This document shows positions 1 through 10,145 of a stretch of 27,605 bases of DNA, piece by piece. Position 1 is the first letter of the stretch; each line of letters begins with the position of its first letter. The notes below the pieces were generated by a model, which saw only the letters and a program-made list of their open reading frames with translations, did no database searches and was not told the origin of the DNA. This DNA comes from Chthoniobacteraceae bacterium. GTDB taxonomy: Bacteria; Verrucomicrobiota; Verrucomicrobiia; Chthoniobacterales; Chthoniobacteraceae. The stretch spans positions 1 to 27,605 of the forward strand of contig JBEBGD010000074.1 of the NCBI GenBank assembly GCA_040081625.1, given 5' to 3'. A program made the translations under genes and the position numbers.

Positions 1-2
1 GC

Positions 3-317
3 CCCGCCCGCGTCCCCGCGCGGGATGCCGAAGACGAAATGCACATTCGTCCCGTCGAACGACACGCCCACCGTCGCCGCGTCTCCCGGATTGAGCGTCG
101 CCACGCCATCCACCACCGCGCTCGCGAAGGGCGGCCCTTGCGGCCCCTCCGCTCCCGGCGCGCCATCCGCACCCGCCGGCCCCGCCGGCCCGGCGGGGAT
201 GAGATCAATACGCGCGTTCGTCTCGTCGATCCGCCCCTGCGTGAAGTCGAACTTCTCGCGAATCTCGTCCGCATCGGCGATCTCGCCGTTGACCGGGTGC
301 GTCGGGTCGTAGGGCAT
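3..317 (-). CDS. Collagen-like (Gly-X-Y) protein, 3'-truncated by the window edge
   Basis: Not in the ORF track because no stop lies in the window. ATG at 317 reads MPYDPTHPVNGEIADADEIREKFDFTQGRIDETNARIDLIPAGPAGPAGADGAPGAEGPQGPPFASAVVDGVATLNPGDAATVGVSFDGTNVHFVFGIPRGDAG..., which has 7 consecutive GXY triplets and GC3-rich codons. Confidence 0.8.
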   Translation of the reverse strand, partial: MPYDPTHPVNGEIADADEIREKFDFTQGRIDETNARIDLIPAGPAGPAGADGAPGAEGPQGPPFASAVVDGVATLNPGDAATVGVSFDGTNVHFVFGIPRGDAGG

Positions 318-332
318 GGCTAGTGTGTGTTA

Positions 333-350
333 GCAGCGCATAGATGGCGT
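333..350 (-). mobile_element. Decayed/truncated attC remnant (R'' + spacer + start of L'') of cassette 2
   Basis: Minus strand ACGCCATC-TATGC-GCTGC lies 5 nt after the stop of 356..889. It parallels the start of the intact attC (GCCGAAC-CATGC-GCTGC) and is a 1-mismatch reverse complement of the cassette's 5' end GTTGGCGT. The rest of the site is missing. Confidence 0.6.
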
Positions 351-355
351 CGCGG

Positions 356-889
356 TCATTCGGTTCCAGCGGGCAGTTGTTTGACCTTGATGGATTTGAC
401 GGTAACGACCGAGCCGTGGGCGCTGAATATACTGACGGGCTTGTCGATGGCTGAATAATCTCCGCTGTGCTCGAAACGCAATTGTCCGTCCACGTAGATG
501 GATTGCTTCTTCGGCGTCACGACCCAACGCACCACCACATATTTATTGGTTGGGATGAGTCCGCCCGTCTTCTTGGCCTTACCGTCGGCAGGGCCGCCGT
601 TGATGCGAAACTCGTTCTTCGCCAATTCCCAGTTGAAGATGATTTGATCGGCCGCGTAACCGAGCCGCAGATTGGTGGAATCGGTCTTCGCCTCGACGAG
701 AATCTCCACAGGCGGTTTGAAAGTCGCCTTGGTGGTGATCATTTCGTCCTTCTTCAGTTGAAGCGGACTGCCGCTTCTATTGTTTGTCAGAGCAGAGATG
801 TGCTCGACGAAGGCAGGAGGGGGCTCTGCGGCACGGAAGACGGATGGCGTAAGCGCGAGAACCGCGAGAAGGATTGTGTGCTTGTGCAT
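356..889 (-). CDS. Secreted beta-sandwich (ConA/LamG-like) hypothetical protein; integron cassette 2 ORF
   Basis: 177 aa with an N-terminal signal peptide (MHKHTILLAVLALTPSVFRA) and a LamG-like C-terminal pattern (YVVVRWVV...QSIYVDGQL...VTVKSIKV). Visibly lower GC than the flanks; bounded by attC sites. Confidence 0.75.
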   Translation of the reverse strand: MHKHTILLAVLALTPSVFRAAEPPPAFVEHISALTNNRSGSPLQLKKDEMITTKATFKPPVEILVEAKTDSTNLRLGYAADQIIFNWELAKNEFRINGGPADGKAKKTGGLIPTNKYVVVRWVVTPKKQSIYVDGQLRFEHSGDYSAIDKPVSIFSAHGSVVTVKSIKVKQLPAGTE

Positions 890-930
890 GATGCGATGTT
901 GTGGGGTTCAGGGACAGTGAGCGCGAGCCA

Positions 931-1059
931 CGCCAACGACCCCAAGCTCAGCGACAGGCGGAGCGGGCGCGGCACCTGCCGGAGGGTGGAAAGGCGGCGG
1001 TGGTCGGCCGCAGGTGCCGTGACCGCGGAGCCTGTTAGAGCTGCAGCGCATGGTTCGGC
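931..1059 (-). mobile_element. Integron attC recombination site (~129 bp)
   Basis: Minus strand: R'' GCCGAAC, 5-nt spacer, L'' GCTGCAGC, internal arms ACAGGC/GCCTGT and CGGCACCTGC/GCAGGTGCCG, L' GCTGAGC (pairs with L'' leaving one extrahelical base), spacer, R' GTTGGCG. It starts just after the stop of 1076..1666. Confidence 0.85.
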
Positions 1060-1075
1060 GACGTTCGCTGCTGAT

Positions 1076-1666
1076 TCATTTCGGTTGGAAGTCCTCCATA
1101 CGTGCTACGTCGAGAAAGTTCTTCTCCCAAAACAGCGGGCTCTCATAGATGCGTCCACCAAACGAAAGATTGAGCACGGGCGAATGAAGGAGGCAGCGAA
1201 CGATGGGAACCTCGGAACCGACGATGCCCATCTGCTGGCGCTTCCATTGGCGGGTGGTCATCATCGGGCCGGGGAAGGCAGCTTTGACGGTTGCGGTGAT
1301 GGGAGTGGGCGGAAACTCGTAAAGATATGAGCAGCGGAGTTTCGGGTCGAGTGCACCGAAGGGGGAAAGGCGGCCAGTCTTCTTGGTCACCTGGCAAATC
1401 AAATCTTCGGCAGTGAGATACTTGGGGACGAGGTCGGAGAGCCAATTAGGAATGTCCTTGTTGTCCTTCCGATACGCGGCAATCGCATCGGAGACCTTCT
1501 GCAGGTTGTGCTTGCAGCCGTCTGCGTCTGCCTTGTCTTGGGATGGTTCGTATCTTTGGTTTGGGTTCGGTGGGGCTGGAGCAGGCTGGGGCGAATCCTG
1601 CGCAATGACGATGACTGTGGCAGTGATGAGGGTCGCGACGACGGCGGCAATTCGTGACGTTTTCAT
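1076..1666 (-). CDS. Secreted hypothetical protein with pseudopilin/DUF1559-like helix; integron cassette 1 ORF
   Basis: 196 aa with a signal peptide (MKTSRIAAVVATLITATVIVIA), a Pro-rich linker, then CKHNLQKVSDAIAAYRKD...LSDLVPKYL...LIC, which resembles the C-x-x-NL-x-Q-I...Y motif of PVC pilin-like proteins. Lower GC; flanked by the attI-like site and attC. Confidence 0.75.
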   Translation of the reverse strand: MKTSRIAAVVATLITATVIVIAQDSPQPAPAPPNPNQRYEPSQDKADADGCKHNLQKVSDAIAAYRKDNKDIPNWLSDLVPKYLTAEDLICQVTKKTGRLSPFGALDPKLRCSYLYEFPPTPITATVKAAFPGPMMTTRQWKRQQMGIVGSEVPIVRCLLHSPVLNLSFGGRIYESPLFWEKNFLDVARMEDFQPK

Positions 1667-1707
1667 TTGGAGGCTTTGTTGTGTTGGTTGTGGAGGAAGA
1701 TGCGTCA

Positions 1708-1730
1708 GTCGCCGAACTCTGAATTATGCG
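1708..1730 (-). mobile_element. attI-like recombination site / 5' junction of cassette 1
   Basis: Minus strand CGCATAA-TTCAGA-G|TTCGGCGAC has the same TAA-N6-GTT spacing as the attI1 core (CCCTAA-AACAAA-GTT). GTTCGGCGAC is the exact 10-nt reverse complement of GTCGCCGAAC (1062-1053), which opens the downstream attC. Confidence 0.6.
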
Positions 1731-1734
1731 ACGC

Positions 1735-1770
1735 TCTCCCCGTTGCTAAACAGGCTTTGGGAACGAGAGA
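1735..1770. repeat. Imperfect REP-like hairpin
   Basis: Minus strand TCTCTCGTTCCCAAAGCCTGTTTAGCAACGGGGAGA has imperfect arms (CGTT..CAAA / TTT..AACG). It lies between the stop of the upstream gene and the attI-like site. Confidence 0.35.
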
Positions 1771-1782
1771 ATGGAAATCCCG

Positions 1783-2400
1783 TCACCCCGCATAAACGAC
1801 CTCCTTGATCTCACTCATCTGCCCGACTTCCTCATCGCCGATCACGCCGATGGCCATGTATTCGCGCACCTCGGGCTGGCCGGCGACGGCGAGCGGCTGC
1901 TCGTCGTAGTAGGGGAAGCGCTTGCGCTTGGACTCAATGAGCTTCCACTGCACGTCGCCTTTCCTGCGGTAGTAGATATTCGCGGAATCAAAGCCGGGCT
2001 TTTTGCCGTCGATCTTCACGCGGCCGCGCTGGGCTTCCACGTCGATGGTCGGGCGCGCGGTGTCGGGGTCGAACTCGTGGCTCTCGCCCTTCCATTCCAT
2101 GTCCACAATGATGCCGGGCGTGCAACCGGGGCTGGTCTTCGCGCGCTTGATGCCGGCGCGGATCGGCGGGGTATGCACGAGCAGCAACGCCTGCAGGTCG
2201 GCGGTGAGCTGCTCGAGCTGGTCCAGCTTCTCGACGATGTCGTTGAGCAGTGGCAGCAGTGCGTTGCAGGCGTCGAGGATCACCTGCCGCTCGGCGGCGC
2301 TCATGTTCAGCGTGGCGGCGAGCGCGGCGGTCAGATCGGTGACTTGCTTCTGCAGCCAGTCGCGCAGGTTCTTGTAGGAGTGTGGAATGAAGTCGGTCAT
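1783..2400 (-). CDS. Hypothetical protein, N-terminal helical region + C-terminal Fn3/Ig-like beta domain
   Basis: The likely start is ATG 2400 (MTDFIPHSYKNLRDWL...), preceded by an A/C-rich leader; 205 aa with strong GC3 bias. The N-half is amphipathic helices and the C-half is beta-rich (ANIYYRRKGDVQWKLI...YYDEQP...VREYMAIGVIGDEEVGQMSEI). No signal peptide. Confidence 0.75.
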   Translation of the reverse strand: MTDFIPHSYKNLRDWLQKQVTDLTAALAATLNMSAAERQVILDACNALLPLLNDIVEKLDQLEQLTADLQALLLVHTPPIRAGIKRAKTSPGCTPGIIVDMEWKGESHEFDPDTARPTIDVEAQRGRVKIDGKKPGFDSANIYYRRKGDVQWKLIESKRKRFPYYDEQPLAVAGQPEVREYMAIGVIGDEEVGQMSEIKEVVYAG

Positions 2401-2588
2401 GGTGCTGTTTTTGGGTCTGGGCTTGGGTTGGATCGGTGGAGTGAAAATGGTGTTTTTGCTCGTCCAGCGGAACTGGCCAAAGCGGGCCGTCCCCCAGCGT
2501 GGCGGCTCAGGCATCGCGCGGCAGGGGTGGACGGATCAAAAGGGAACGCTTTGTGCAAATGCCTCTCCGACAGGGCCTCCGAGCGACG

Positions 2589-2851
2589 GAGGATGCCTCC
2601 TGCCGGGCGGAGGCGCCCTCCGCCGCGCGGGAGAATCCCTCCGCGCAGCCGGAGGCTGCCTTCAGGGTGACTGAGGAAGCCTCCGCCTCCAGCGAGGCTG
2701 CCTCCGGCGCGCGTCCGGCGCCCTCCGCGCAGCGGCAGCGATGCTCCACCCGCCGGGAGATCGCCTCCCGCCGGAGCGAGGACGCCTCCTCGTCGCGGGA
2801 GAGCCCCAGCACTTCGAGGGAGGCACACTCGCGCCCCGGCGAGGCGACCTC
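2589..2851. repeat. 13-unit array of GAG-N5-CTC mini-palindromes with exact 21-bp period
   Basis: Unit starts at 2589, 2610, 2631, 2652, 2673, 2694, 2715, 2736, 2757, 2778, 2799, 2820 and 2841. GAG is present in 11/13 units, CTC at +8 in 11/13, and both in 9/13. The 10-nt linkers differ and there are no indels. Confidence 0.9.
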
Positions 2852-2922
2852 GCCCGCGCTGCTGCGCGCACTACGCGAAAGAGTGAACCGCTCCGCTAAG
2901 ACAGTCCGCGCAAAAAGATCAA

Positions 2923-3008
2923 CGCCGCTTCGCCGCTTCGCCGCTTCGCCGCTTCGCCGCTTCGCCGCTTCGCCGCTTCGCCGCTTCGCCGCTTCGCCGC
3001 TTCGCCGC
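2923..3008. repeat. Perfect octanucleotide tandem repeat (CGCCGCTT)x10.75
   Basis: 10 perfect copies at 2923-3002 plus a partial CGCCGC, followed directly by the inverted GAAGCG. Confidence 0.97.
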
Positions 3009-3069
3009 GAAGCGCGAGCGGAGCACTGTGCGAAGATTTCTGCGGCGGCATGGCCTTCATGGTGCGGGC

Positions 3070-3098
3070 GGTTTACGCCCCGCTGGCGACGGCGGCAA
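3070..3098 (-). promoter_or_regulatory. Putative sigma70-type promoter pointing into the microsatellite/21-bp array
   Basis: TTGCCG-N17-TAAACC followed 9 nt later by ATG (3060). The same layout occurs before the 3D-domain gene. Confidence 0.4.
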
Positions 3099-3190
3099 GA
3101 AAGAATTTGGCGAAGGTGGAACGCGCGCTCCGGTGCCGACTTCCCATCTTCTCCAAAGACCTGTCCGTGGCGGAAGGCGTTCCTTGCGCC

Positions 3191-4174
3191 TCAGTCGCCG
3201 TAGCCGTTCGGATTCGCGACGTGCCACTTCCACGCGCTGTCCACGATGGCGCGGATGTCCTGGAACTTCGGCGCCCAGCCGAGCTCGCGTTTGATCTTGT
3301 CGCTGCCGGCGATGAGGCGCGGCGGGTCGCCGGCGCGGCGGGGCTTTTCGACGACGGCGATCTTTTTGCCGCTGACGGCTTCGCAGGCGGCGATGACTTC
3401 GCGGACGCTGGTGCCGCCGCCGGTGCCGAGGTTGAATTTGGCGCTGACGCCTTTTTCCAAATGGCCGAGCGCGAGCATGTGCGCGGCGGCGAGGTCGATG
3501 ATGTGGATGTAGTCGCGGATGCAGGTGCCGTCGGGCGTGGGGTAGTCGGTGCCGTAGATTTCGACGTGCGATTTCTGGCCGAGGGCGACGCGGAGGATGT
3601 TCGGGATGAGGTGGGTCTCGATGCGGTGGTCTTCGCCGTAGCGGCCGCTGGCGCCGGCGGCGTTGAAGTAGCGGAGGGCGACGTGCTTGATGCCGTGGAT
3701 TTCGTCATACCAGCGGAGCACTCGCTCGAACATGAGCTTGGACTCGCCGTAGGGGTTGATCGGGTTTTGCGGCAGCGTCTCGTCGATGGGGACGCGGTCG
3801 GGGATGCCGAAGGTGGCGCAGGTGGAGCTGAAGACGATCTTCTTGCAGCCGACGGCGACCATGGCGTCGAGCAGGTTCACGCCGGCGAGGGTGTTGTTGC
3901 GGAAATATTTGCTCGGGTTCGTCATGGATTCGCCGACGAGCGCGCTGGCCGCGAAGTGCATGACGGCGTCGGGCTTCGCGCGCTCCATTGCGTCCTCGAT
4001 GTCGCAGCGGTTTTGCAAGTCGCCGGCGATGAGCGTGGCGCGCGGATCGACGGCGGCGCGATGGCCTTCGGTCAGGTTGTCGAAGACGGTGACGGTGTGG
4101 CTGGAGTCGAGGAGTTGCTCGACGTTGATGCTGCCGATGTAGCCGGCGCCGCCGGTGACGAAGACGTGTGGCAT
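3191..4174 (-). CDS. galE: UDP-glucose 4-epimerase
   Basis: The true start is ATG 4174 (MPHVFVTGGAGYIGS), overlapping the upstream stop (TGATG). Motifs HFAA, FSSTCATFG, YGESK, LRYFNAAGA, DGTCIRDYIH and RRAGDP are present. Confidence 0.96.
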   Translation of the reverse strand: MPHVFVTGGAGYIGSINVEQLLDSSHTVTVFDNLTEGHRAAVDPRATLIAGDLQNRCDIEDAMERAKPDAVMHFAASALVGESMTNPSKYFRNNTLAGVNLLDAMVAVGCKKIVFSSTCATFGIPDRVPIDETLPQNPINPYGESKLMFERVLRWYDEIHGIKHVALRYFNAAGASGRYGEDHRIETHLIPNILRVALGQKSHVEIYGTDYPTPDGTCIRDYIHIIDLAAAHMLALGHLEKGVSAKFNLGTGGGTSVREVIAACEAVSGKKIAVVEKPRRAGDPPRLIAGSDKIKRELGWAPKFQDIRAIVDSAWKWHVANPNGYGD

Positions 4175-4896
4175 CAGCGCAGCGCCGCGGCTTCCTCGGG
4201 GTAACCCTGCGCCGAGATCGACTGCGCGAAGTGGGCGAGCACCCGCTCGCGGTCGCGTTTGTCGGGGCCGGGGGCCTTCGTGAGGATCGACGTGGCGCGG
4301 CGCAGGAAAGGCTCGGCTTCCGCCGGCTGGCTGCGCAAAAGCTGCATCGCCCCGTAGGCCGAGAGCAGGCTCGCTGCAGCGGGCGTATCGAGCTGCTCGG
4401 AGCGGTTTGCCAGCTCGAAGGCTTGCGCGAGCAGCGGCTCGGCGGCGACAGCGCGCCCGCGGCCAAGTTCGAGCACCGCGGCGAGCGTGAGCATCCGCCA
4501 CGCGGGCAGTTCAGAGCGCTGCGAATTTGCGAGGTCGCGCGCGCTGCCGATGGCGGTCTCGAAGCGGCGGGTGGCGAGTTGGGCGAGGACGGTGTCGTAA
4601 CCGCCACGCTCATTTCCAAACATCCCCCCGGCAGCGAAGCGTTCAAGTGCGTCGCGGATCTGCTCCGGGCGCTGATGCCGGGTCGCGGCGATTTCATCGA
4701 CGACTGCGTCGAAGCGCGCCTCGAGCGTGCGCCCATCGAAAATCATCCGGGGTGCGCTGAGCGCATCCGCGAGGGCGGCGGCCACCGCGTGATCCTGCGC
4801 GATCCGGTATTTCAAGATCGCGCCGGCGATGACGGCACTGACGAGCAGCACGGCGACGAGCGCCGCGGTGGACAGCGGGCGTGGGGGACGCAACAT
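4174..4896 (-). CDS. Membrane-anchored tetratricopeptide-repeat-like protein
   Basis: Probable start 4896, with an N-terminal TM segment (ALVAVLLVSAVIAGAIL) and C-terminal TPR-like repeats (AEPLLAQAFEL, EAEPFLRRATSI, QGYPEEAAAL). Translationally coupled to galE. Confidence 0.7.
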   Translation of the reverse strand: MLRPPRPLSTAALVAVLLVSAVIAGAILKYRIAQDHAVAAALADALSAPRMIFDGRTLEARFDAVVDEIAATRHQRPEQIRDALERFAAGGMFGNERGGYDTVLAQLATRRFETAIGSARDLANSQRSELPAWRMLTLAAVLELGRGRAVAAEPLLAQAFELANRSEQLDTPAAASLLSAYGAMQLLRSQPAEAEPFLRRATSILTKAPGPDKRDRERVLAHFAQSISAQGYPEEAAALR

Positions 4897-4907
4897 CGAC
4901 ACGCCGC

Positions 4908-5432
4908 TCAGAATGTGCGCGCCTTGGGCATCGCGCCCATCGCGATCACACCCTGACCGCGCAGCGAAGCGACCATCGTGCGGACGTGGTCGTGGCGGGT
5001 GCGGCCCGCGAGCAACTTGAGGCTCATGGACTTGGACCCCCACTCGAGCACTTCGATTTCCACATGCCTCACGCCCCAGTTGTTCATCATTTTCCGCGTG
5101 GGCATATACATGTCGATGGTCTGCCGGCCCACGAGCGCGCTGCCGTAGTCTTCGATCACGTATTCCTGCTTATCGCCGGCGATCCGGAAGCGTGTGCCGA
5201 GCGGCAGCCAGGACCAATCGGCTGCGGCGCTGCGCACGTTGCTCTTGAAGCGAAGGCGCCCGCCGATGCCGTTTACGCTCCCACCGGCTTCGGTGTGCGT
5301 GTAGGCGGTCGTGCGGACCGTCATCTTCTGGCCTGCACGTCCATTGACGCTGGCGGATTGGTGGCCGTTGGAGGATGCGCAAGCGGAGAGGAGGATCGCC
5401 GCAGCGCCGGCAACAAGGTAGCGAATGCTCAT
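4908..5432 (-). CDS. 3D (Asp-Asp-Asp) domain lipoprotein, putative peptidoglycan lytic transglycosylase-like
   Basis: Start 5432 (MSIRYLVAGAAAILLSAC, lipobox LSAC). The motifs TAY, AAADW..LPLGT, IEDYGSA and IDMY are typical of 3D domains. Confidence 0.85.
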   Translation of the reverse strand: MSIRYLVAGAAAILLSACASSNGHQSASVNGRAGQKMTVRTTAYTHTEAGGSVNGIGGRLRFKSNVRSAAADWSWLPLGTRFRIAGDKQEYVIEDYGSALVGRQTIDMYMPTRKMMNNWGVRHVEIEVLEWGSKSMSLKLLAGRTRHDHVRTMVASLRGQGVIAMGAMPKARTF

Positions 5433-5442
5433 GTTGCGGGCC

Positions 5443-5471
5443 GGGGTAACTGCTTTCGGCGGAGCAGGCAA
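5443..5471 (-). promoter_or_regulatory. Putative sigma70-type promoter with very short leader
   Basis: TTGCCT-N17-TACCCC, then 10 nt to ATG 5432. Confidence 0.35.
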
Positions 5472-5738
5472 ACTCTTTTTTCCGCAACGGGTGGTAGTGG
5501 GATTACGAAGAAAGCCCAATATATTGGGCGTGCGTCTGCCTGTCGTTGGTGGCGAGGCACAAGCCGGAGTGGACGCGGAAAAGTTTAAAGGGCGCAGTTG
5601 CATCACGCAGTGCTCGCGAAGCGTCGAGTGTGCCAGCAACCCAAGGGACGTGTCCCACTTCCTGCCGAAAACCGGGACAACAGGTGAGACATGGCACAGT
5701 AGGCGTGTCTGGTCGTCTGGCGATTAACATTCACGTGT

Positions 5739-5782
5739 GCAGAGACTTAATAGCATTAGCCCGCAATGGATCAGTCTCTGCT
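5739..5782 (+). promoter_or_regulatory. Candidate sigma54-type -24/-12 element overlapped by a 9-bp inverted repeat, upstream of dnaK
   Basis: TGGATCAGTCTCTGCT (5767-5782) has GG-N10-GC spacing. GCAGAGACT (5739-5747) and AGTCTCTGC (5773-5781) form a perfect inverted repeat. Confidence 0.35.
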
Positions 5783-5857
5783 AAAGGTGGCGGCGAATCA
5801 AAAATTCGCCCGTGCCGGCGCTCCCAGACCGCGCACATCTCAAACTCAACTTTCCCA

Positions 5858-7798
<1,941 letters not shown>

Positions 7799-7884
7799 TC
7801 TCAGACCCTTTACCGAAAATCGTTCCGGCTAGCCGGGGCGAATCAGTAACAACAAAAACAACAAACTAGAAAGCAATACACACC

Positions 7885-8178
7885 ATGGCAGTCAACGTTC
7901 GTCCCCTCGGGGATCGCGTCCTTGTCCAGCCTCTCGAAGAGGCGGAAGTGAAAAAAGGCGGCATCATCATTCCCGATACCGCCAAAGAGAAACCGCAGGA
8001 GGGCAAAGTCGTCGCTCTCGGCACCGGCAAACGTGATGAAGACGGCAAGTCCGTTCCCTTCGTCGTCAAGAAGGGCGACAAAGTCCTCATCAGCAAATAC
8101 GGCGGCACCGAGATCAAAGTCGAAGGCACCTCCTACCTCATCATGCGCGAGGACGATATCCTCGGCATCATCGGCTAA
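7885..8178 (+). CDS. groES: Co-chaperonin GroES
   Basis: Motifs [25 protein letters not shown] and KYGGTEIK; 97 aa. Confidence 0.99.
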   Translation: MAVNVRPLGDRVLVQPLEEAEVKKGGIIIPDTAKEKPQEGKVVALGTGKRDEDGKSVPFVVKKGDKVLISKYGGTEIKVEGTSYLIMREDDILGIIG

Positions 8179-8246
8179 CCAAAACCAAACCAACGTGGCC
8201 ACCGCACATTGCGCGCGCCGGCCCGCTTAGAAACTACAGAACCTAA

Positions 8247-9893
<1,647 letters not shown>

Positions 9894-9916
9894 GCGAGTC
9901 CCGCTAGTTGCAGTTC

Positions 9917-9961
9917 AAACAAACCGCCGGGTTGCAGTGGGCAGCCCGGCGGTTTTGTTTT
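9917..9961 (+). terminator. Rho-independent terminator (probably bidirectional)
   Basis: AAACAAACCGCCGGGTTGC-agtgg-GCAGCCCGGCGGTTTTGTTTT, just after the groEL stop. Confidence 0.9.
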
Positions 9962-10017
9962 GCCCGCATCTCATCCAGGAGGCCGCTGAGTAATGAGGAG
10001 GCGACGCAGGCGCCGAG

Positions 10018-10071
10018 CGTCCGAATCTCGTCCTCATCGTCACCGGCGACATGGGCTTCAGCGACCTCGGC
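10018..10071 (+). pseudogene. Relic of a sulfatase N-terminus
   Basis: Reads RPNLVLIVTGDMGFSDLG, matching the sulfatase N-terminal motif RPNIxxIxADDxGxxDLG. There is an in-frame stop upstream (9994) and downstream (10108), and no upstream start codon. Confidence 0.65.
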
Positions 10072-10145
10072 GACACGGCGTCGGACCATGATCGCCGCCG
10101 CCCCGGCTAAGCTTCCGCGCCAGACCCGGTTTCCCCAACGCCCGT

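Noticed and set aside
25..323. Plus-strand ORFs 25..312 and 39..323
   Set aside because: These are antisense shadows of the minus-strand collagen-like gene, which has the coherent GXY pattern and codon bias.
2455..2530. Riboswitch in the leader of 1783..2400
   Set aside because: Only a short imperfect hairpin (CCAG-TTCCG-CTGG) is present and no known aptamer consensus is recognisable. An Rfam scan would be needed.
2589..3008. CRISPR array interpretation of the repeats
   Set aside because: Units are 21 bp and 8 bp with no 23-47 bp conserved repeat plus unique spacers, and there are no cas genes.
5620..5635. Divergent sigma54 promoter TGGCACACTCGACGCT on the minus strand
   Set aside because: The spacing fits, but the -12 element is ACGC rather than TTGC, and a closer sigma70-like promoter exists for the 3D gene.
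5600..5790. CIRCE/HrcA operator upstream of dnaK
   Set aside because: Only partial half-site look-alikes (TAGCATT, CTGCTAA, TGGCACACTC) are present, without the 9-9-9 geometry.
3191..5857. Extended N-termini in the ORF track for galE (4501), TPR (5043), 3D (5639) and dnaK (5546)
   Set aside because: The extensions overlap neighbouring genes or promoters, and family motifs or signal peptides begin at 4174, 4896, 5432 and 5858.
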